Shown here piece after piece: positions 56,625-64,000 of a stretch of 64,000 bases of DNA. The notes under the pieces were generated by a model. That model saw only the letters and a program-made list of their open reading frames with translations. It was not told the origin of the DNA and ran no database searches. The translations under genes were made by a program, and so were the position numbers. The stretch covers positions 383,054-447,053 of the forward strand of contig OY969569.1 in NCBI GenBank assembly GCA_963701185.1, written 5' to 3'. This DNA comes from Candidatus Gottesmanbacteria bacterium. GTDB taxonomy: Bacteria; Patescibacteriota; Microgenomatia; UBA10105; UBA927. Numbering within the stretch: the stretch's first letter is position 1; each line of letters begins with the position of its first letter.

Positions 56625-56897
56625 ATGACAGAGCGAAAAGACATATATTTAGATAATTTTGAACAGCTTTGTCCATTAGTGAAAATAGGATGGATGCCGC
56701 TCTATCCTACGGGAAGTAATCCGCAAAATATAAATATCTTACTGACAAAGGAATTTCCTGAATTTCAGGATAAAGAAACTGAGGGCGCTGCTGCGGATGC
56801 CGTAGCTATGACGTGCTCCGATTGTGAGTATGCACATTCAAACCCCCTAACAAACACAGTATGTTTTTCTAATCAAGGAGTTCCGGAAATAGTGTAA
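56625..56897 (+). CDS. hypothetical small Cys-containing protein (90 aa)
   Basis: AT-rich ORF. Four Cys (C16, C64, C67, C80) could form a Zn site. Confidence 0.4.
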   Translation: MTERKDIYLDNFEQLCPLVKIGWMPLYPTGSNPQNINILLTKEFPEFQDKETEGAAADAVAMTCSDCEYAHSNPLTNTVCFSNQGVPEIV

Positions 56898-56993
56898 CAG
56901 CAGTTATATATGTATCTGTTAAAGGAATTGAAGTGTAAGAAATTTGATTCGTTTGCCTAGACAACCATCCTCAAGTATTGTACAATGATTTAG

Positions 56994-58946
<1,953 letters not shown>

Positions 58947-59032
58947 TATGAGCTAGCTGACACGTCCGTGGCATCGGGGCAAAAAATGCAACATTGGATA
59001 TATAATGGTTGAAATTATTTGAAAGGAGTTCT

Positions 59033-61045
59033 ATGAATCTTATAACACTATCACTTATTGCCGGCGCTGCATCTGTCCTGTACGGTTTATTTTTGGCGGC
59101 GAAAATTATTAAACTTCCGACGGGCACACCCGACATGAATGCCATCGCCGATGCCATAGCAGAAGGCGCGCAGGCATTCCTCAGGCGGCAATATACAACG
59201 ATCGGACTTCTTTCGGTTGCCATTATTATCCTTTTATACGTTGCCCTTGGCATGTATTCCGCCGTCGCGTTCGCAATTGGTGCGCTGTTGAGCGCCACTG
59301 CGGGATTTATCGGCATGAATATCTCCGTCCGGGCAAATATCCGTACGGCAGAAGCCGCTAAAACCGGACTGGCCGAGGCTCTCGGCGTGGCATTTTCCGG
59401 CGGATCCGTCACCGGACTCATGGTCGCGGGTCTCGCGCTTCTTTCCGTTGCCATAACCTATCTTGTGATCGGCCGCGGCGCTGCGTCCGGCTTTGACCTT
59501 AAACCGCTCGTGGCTCTCGGGTTCGGCGGATCGCTCATTTCAGTATTTGCACGTCTCGGGGGCGGCATTTACACCAAAGGCGCGGATGTCGGTACGGATA
59601 TGGTCGGAAAAATCGAAAAAGGCATTCCTGAGGATGATCCGAGAAACCCCGGCGTAATTGCGGATCTGGTCGGCGATAATGTCGGCGATGATGCCGGCAT
59701 GGCCGCGGATTTATTTGAAACGTACGTTGTCACGGCTGTCGCTGCGATCCTGTTGGGGCATCTCTTATTACCCGGATTTACAAACGCGCTTTTCTTCCCC
59801 ATGGCGGTCGGAGCGGCGGGCATTGTCGCTTCCATTGTAGGAACCTGGTTCGTGACGCTCGGGAAAAATAAAAAAATAATGCCTGCGCTCTATAAAGGGC
59901 TTCTCACTGCGGCATTAGTATCTGCCGTTCTTTTTTATATGATCACGAATGTGCTCATGACCGGCAACGGCCTTTATTCAAACATGAATTTGTTTCTTGC
60001 GAGCCTTATCGGCATCATGGTTACGATCGGGATGGTCGCCATAACCGAGTTTTATACGTCGAAAGCCTATGGCTCCGTCAAACATCTGGCCGAAGCCAGC
60101 ACGACGGGACACGGAACCAATATCATCGCAGGACTCGCGCTTTCCATGAAATCAACCCTGCCGGCGGTACTTCTTATCGCGGCGGCAATGCTTGGCGCAT
60201 ATGCCCTTGCCGATCTCTACGGCATTGCCGTGGCAGCTATGGCCATGATATCGCTCACAGGCATTGTGGTTGCGATTGACGCATTCGGTCCGATTACGGA
60301 TAACGCAGGCGGCATTGCGGAAATGACCAACCAGCCTGAAAAAGTGCGTGCCATCACGGATGCACTGGACGCCGTGGGCAATACGACCAAAGCAGTGACA
60401 AAATCCTACGCCATCGCATCGGCAGGACTAGCTGCACTCGTCCTGTTTGCCTCCTACACGCAGGAACTCACAGGGGCAAATGCAGGACTGACGTTCAGCC
60501 TGTCTGATCCCAATGTCGTCGTAGGACTTCTCATCGGTGCCTCCCTGCCGTATGTCTTCGGTGCGCTTGCCATGGAAGCCGTCGGAAAGGCAGCCGGAGC
60601 CATTGTCGTTGAAGTACGCAGACAATTTAAAACATTGAAAGGGATTATGACGGGAAAACAAAAACCAGAATACGGACGTGCGGTTGATATTGTTACGACT
60701 GCCGCCCTTCATGAAATGATTGTGCCTGCACTTCTTCCTGTTGCGGCACCAATTGCGGTCGGATTTTTGTTGGGACCGTCCGCGCTCGGAGGGCTGCTCA
60801 TGGGAACCATTGTCACGGGCTTGTTTGTCGCCCTCTCGATGACAACCGGCGGAGCGGCCTGGGATAACGCGAAAAAGTATATTGAGGAAGGGCATCTGGG
60901 CGGCAAAGGTTCACCGGCTCATCAGGCAGCAGTCACCGGAGATACGGTCGGAGATCCGTACAAAGATACAGCGGGGCCTGCCATTAATCCCATGATTAAG
61001 GTCGCCAATATCGTTGCATTGCTCATTGCCGGGTTTTTACGATAA
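59033..61045 (+). CDS. hppA: membrane-bound proton-translocating pyrophosphatase (likely K+-independent, GNTTK)
   Basis: [19 protein letters not shown] and [15 protein letters not shown] motifs. 16 TM. ATG at 59033 with a gaaaggag RBS. Confidence 0.85.
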   Translation: MNLITLSLIAGAASVLYGLFLAAKIIKLPTGTPDMNAIADAIAEGAQAFLRRQYTTIGLLSVAIIILLYVALGMYSAVAFAIGALLSATAGFIGMNISVRANIRTAEAAKTGLAEALGVAFSGGSVTGLMVAGLALLSVAITYLVIGRGAASGFDLKPLVALGFGGSLISVFARLGGGIYTKGADVGTDMVGKIEKGIPEDDPRNPGVIADLVGDNVGDDAGMAADLFETYVVTAVAAILLGHLLLPGFTNALFFPMAVGAAGIVASIVGTWFVTLGKNKKIMPALYKGLLTAALVSAVLFYMITNVLMTGNGLYSNMNLFLASLIGIMVTIGMVAITEFYTSKAYGSVKHLAEASTTGHGTNIIAGLALSMKSTLPAVLLIAAAMLGAYALADLYGIAVAAMAMISLTGIVVAIDAFGPITDNAGGIAEMTNQPEKVRAITDALDAVGNTTKAVTKSYAIASAGLAALVLFASYTQELTGANAGLTFSLSDPNVVVGLLIGASLPYVFGALAMEAVGKAAGAIVVEVRRQFKTLKGIMTGKQKPEYGRAVDIVTTAALHEMIVPALLPVAAPIAVGFLLGPSALGGLLMGTIVTGLFVALSMTTGGAAWDNAKKYIEEGHLGGKGSPAHQAAVTGDTVGDPYKDTAGPAINPMIKVANIVALLIAGFLR

Positions 61046-61049
61046 AGAT

Positions 61050-63566
61050 ATGAACATCGGGAAAGTTAACCAATCGGAAATTACGCATGAAATGCAGAAG
61101 TCGTATCTGGACTATGCAATGAGCGTCATCGTGGCGCGTGCCCTTCCGGACGTGCGTGACGGCATGAAACCCGTCCATCGGCGCATTCTTTTCGCCATGC
61201 ACCAGACGGGGCTTCACCACACGAGCAAATACAAAAAAAGCGCGTCGGTCGTGGGAGAAGTACTCGGAAAATATCATCCGCACGGAGACGCACCCGTCTA
61301 TGAAGCAATGGTACGCCTCGCACAGGAATTTTCCATGCGGTACCGGCTCATCGACGGTCAGGGTAATTACGGCTCCATTGACGGCGACCCTCCTGCCGCC
61401 ATGCGGTACACCGAGTGTCGGCTGGCTGCAATTTCCGATGAAATGCTTCTGGATATTGAAAAGGAAACGGTGGAGTTTACCCCGAATTTTGACGGATCGA
61501 TCAATGAACCCGTGTATCTCCCTGCAAAACTGCCGAACCTGCTCCTGATGGGCAGCGAGGGCATTGCCGTGGGCATGGCGACCAAAATCCCGCCGCACAA
61601 TCTCACGGAGGTAGCTTCAGCCATCGCGGCGCTCATCGACACGGTCAAGCTGACGAAGAAAAAGGCAACCGAGGGAGTAAGCGAGATAAAAACAGATACG
61701 CAGTTTTCATTCGATATCACGACTGACCAGCTCATGGAACACATCCAGGGGCCGGATTTCCCGACTGCGGGCGCCATTTATGACATTAATGAGATTAAGC
61801 TGGCCTACACGACAGGCCGCGGCAAAATCGTCATGCGGGGCAAGGCTGAAATAGAGGATATCGGTCAGGGAAAAAGCGCCATCGCCATTACGGAACTTCC
61901 GTACCAGGTGAATAAAGCAGTGCTGGTCGCCAGAATCGCCGAGCTTGTGCGGGAGAAAAAACTTGACGGCATTTCGGACCTCCGCGATGAGTCCGACCGC
62001 CGCGGCATCCGCGTGTACGTCGAACTCAAGCGCGATGCCCGGCCCAAACAGGTCCTCAACAATCTCTATAAATACACGGCGCTTCAGACCACATTTCCGG
62101 TTAATATGGTCGCACTCGTTGATAATACACCGCAGACCTGCTCCCTTAAGCTTATTTTGGAAGAATACGTCAAACACCGCCATGACATCGTGCGCCGCCG
62201 CAGTGTTTTTGAACTGAAGGAAGCCCGCGCCCGCGAACACATTCTGGAGGGCCTCAAAATTGCCGTCGACCACATCGACGAGGTCATCTCCATTATTAAA
62301 AAAAGCAAAGACGCCGATGAAGCAAAGGTCAAATTGATGAGCAAATTCAAGCTCTCCGATATCCAGACCACTGCAATTTTGGATATGCAGCTGCGGCGCC
62401 TCGCGGCCCTCGAACGGCAAAAAATCGAAGACGAACTGGCGATGATCCGGGAAACCATCAGCTACCTCGAGGACCTTTTGGCCCACCCGCAAAAAATATT
62501 AAAAGTCGTCAAGGACGAGCTTAATAAATTAAAAGAAAAATACGGTGATCAGCGAAAAACCCGCGTATTTAAGAGTAAAGTCGGCGAGTTTTCCGAAGAA
62601 CAGCTGATTGCCAATGAGGATGTCATTATCACGATGAGCGAGTCCGGGTATATCAAGAGACTCCCGCGCGGCACGTTTAAAATGCAGGAGCGAGGCGGCA
62701 AAGGCGTCATCGGCATGACGACCAAAGAAGAAGATACGATTGATAAAATCCTCACCGCACAAACCCACGACAACATGCTCTTTTTTACCGACCGCGGACG
62801 GGTATACCAGGTGCGTGTGTGGGATATCCCTGAGACCAGCCGGCAAGCCAAAGGCCAGGCGGTCGTCAACCTCATCAATATCGAATCGGGAGAAAAAGTG
62901 ACATCCGTACTTACCTACAGTTTGAAGCGCGATGAGCAGAAAGAATCCGGCGTCAAATTTATTCTCATGGCGACCAAACACGGCACCATCAAAAAATCAA
63001 AGTTGACGGAATACGAAAATATCCGCCGCAGCGGCCTGGTAGCAATTAAATTAGAAAAGGATGATGAACTGACCTGGGCCCGCGTAACCGGCGGGGCAGA
63101 CGATATTCTTCTCGTGTCTCACGAGGGTAAATCCATCAGGTTTGTTGAAACAGAAGTCCGGCCGACGGCCCGCGATACCATGGGGGTACGCGGAATACTT
63201 TTGAAAGGCTCCGACTTCGTCGTGAGCGTGGACGTCATCAATGACGAAACGAAGAAAGCGGATTTTCTCACGATTATGGAAAAGGGAATCGGTAAAAAAA
63301 CAGCGATCAAGGATTTTCCCCGCCAGAGGCGGGGCGGGCAGGGCGTGAAAGTCGCCGAGGTCAAAGACCGGACCGGCAAGGTCGTCGTCTCTCAAATTGT
63401 TCCCGCCGACACCGACAGCGTGATTTTGACATCCATGAAAGGCCAGGTCGTCAAGCTTCCGATTAACTCCGTGCCCCGCCTCGGCCGCGCAACGTCGGGA
63501 GTGATCTTAATGCGCTTCGCCGACAAAAGTGATACGATAGCCGCCGCCACGTGTTTGACGAAATAA
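61050..63566 (+). CDS. gyrA: DNA gyrase subunit A
   Basis: Catalytic-Tyr region AAMRYTE and C-terminal beta-pinwheel repeats. Start at ATG 61050, just after the hppA stop. Confidence 0.9.
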   Translation: MNIGKVNQSEITHEMQKSYLDYAMSVIVARALPDVRDGMKPVHRRILFAMHQTGLHHTSKYKKSASVVGEVLGKYHPHGDAPVYEAMVRLAQEFSMRYRLIDGQGNYGSIDGDPPAAMRYTECRLAAISDEMLLDIEKETVEFTPNFDGSINEPVYLPAKLPNLLLMGSEGIAVGMATKIPPHNLTEVASAIAALIDTVKLTKKKATEGVSEIKTDTQFSFDITTDQLMEHIQGPDFPTAGAIYDINEIKLAYTTGRGKIVMRGKAEIEDIGQGKSAIAITELPYQVNKAVLVARIAELVREKKLDGISDLRDESDRRGIRVYVELKRDARPKQVLNNLYKYTALQTTFPVNMVALVDNTPQTCSLKLILEEYVKHRHDIVRRRSVFELKEARAREHILEGLKIAVDHIDEVISIIKKSKDADEAKVKLMSKFKLSDIQTTAILDMQLRRLAALERQKIEDELAMIRETISYLEDLLAHPQKILKVVKDELNKLKEKYGDQRKTRVFKSKVGEFSEEQLIANEDVIITMSESGYIKRLPRGTFKMQERGGKGVIGMTTKEEDTIDKILTAQTHDNMLFFTDRGRVYQVRVWDIPETSRQAKGQAVVNLINIESGEKVTSVLTYSLKRDEQKESGVKFILMATKHGTIKKSKLTEYENIRRSGLVAIKLEKDDELTWARVTGGADDILLVSHEGKSIRFVETEVRPTARDTMGVRGILLKGSDFVVSVDVINDETKKADFLTIMEKGIGKKTAIKDFPRQRRGGQGVKVAEVKDRTGKVVVSQIVPADTDSVILTSMKGQVVKLPINSVPRLGRATSGVILMRFADKSDTIAAATCLTK

Positions 63567-63569
63567 ACT

Positions 63570-63839
63570 ATGGAAATAAAAGAACTTGGTACACCTCCAT
63601 ACAAAGTAAGCAATGGGTACATACCGGATCTTCATGCCGGCAACGAACAATTTTCAACAGCGCCAGATTTCTTACACGCTTTAGATATTCTTAGGGATAT
63701 TAGTGAAAATGGAGAAGATAAAAAACCGTATGTCATTGATGCAAAAAACCAAAAAGTAGTTGATTTAACTAGTGACAATGGCGTGCAATTACTCAATAAT
63801 TTCATTACTGAATTGCAAAAAGGAAATATTCATATTTAA
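63570..63839 (+). CDS. hypothetical protein (89 aa), AT-rich, followed by palindrome copy D
   Basis: ORF with no known motif. 12 nt upstream of copy D. Confidence 0.4.
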   Translation: MEIKELGTPPYKVSNGYIPDLHAGNEQFSTAPDFLHALDILRDISENGEDKKPYVIDAKNQKVVDLTSDNGVQLLNNFITELQKGNIHI

Positions 63840-63851
63840 TCTCTTAAACGT

Positions 63852-63879
63852 TGTTTTAATGTTTTAAAACATTAAAACA
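63852..63879. repeat. 28-bp perfect palindrome copy D
   Basis: Identical 28-mer. Confidence 0.9.
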
Positions 63880-64000
63880 TGGAGCCATGGATTGTTTTTG
63901 ACCATTCTTTTTCCGACAATAGACCGCGCAATAATCCTTCCAAATTATCAAAAAACTTCACCCACTTTTCTTCCTTTCCTATGTACTTCAGAGCACGTCT

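Overview
This 64-kb window looks like a bacterial chromosome with reduced, Patescibacteria/CPR-like domain architectures. That inference rests on ThrRS lacking its N-terminal TGS region, a short PheT with no tRNA-binding domain, and a 273-aa trigger factor. The genetic code is standard: TGA terminates many conserved genes.

The housekeeping backbone runs thrS-infC-rpmI-rplT-pheS-pheT, then a class A PBP, then an aromatic amino-acid supra-operon (DAHP synthase, pheA, chorismate mutase, tyrA, hisC-like, a Gpm-like phosphatase, an aroA-aroK fusion, aroC, tyrS). It continues with recG-rpmF-nusB-rnc-rpsP-KH-trmD, holB, a gyrB disrupted by three +1 frameshifts, an H+-pyrophosphatase and gyrA. Two accessory clusters sit among these. 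One is a sortase locus (7.5-17.7 kb) with a 2183-aa LPXTG giant surface protein, a class-E-like sortase, a SAM methyltransferase, a bPH membrane protein and a collagen-like GXY protein. The other is a type IV pilus locus (40-55 kb) with pilMNO, a PilX-like gene, six prepilin-type genes, pilD, pilC, pilT and pilB, plus two GT-C-type membrane glycosyltransferase-like genes inside it. There are four tRNAs: Lys-CTT, Arg-TCG, Leu-TAG and Val-CAC.

Several repeat and regulatory signals are not explained by the gene calls:
- An IS200/RAYT-type HuH tyrosine transposase is flanked by about 30-nt REP-like hairpins. A third copy of that hairpin sits in frame inside pheT.
- A perfect 28-bp palindrome, TGTTTTAATGTTTTAAAACATTAAAACA, occurs four times in intergenic DNA. 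It is next to AT-rich small ORFs of unknown function, and two copies bracket one such ORF.
- A roughly 1-kb AT-rich islet sits at the 3' end of tRNA-Leu. It is bounded by a 24-nt direct repeat of the tRNA end and carries an IS1595-type zinc-ribbon transposase remnant.
- Two paralogous 23-codon leader ORFs, rich in Phe or Phe/Tyr, each followed by a conserved element of about 55 nt and an intrinsic terminator, lie upstream of pheST and upstream of the aro operon. These look like ribosome-mediated attenuators.

All start and stop coordinates were checked by hand against the sequence. The functional calls rest on recognised motifs and on context, not on database searches.
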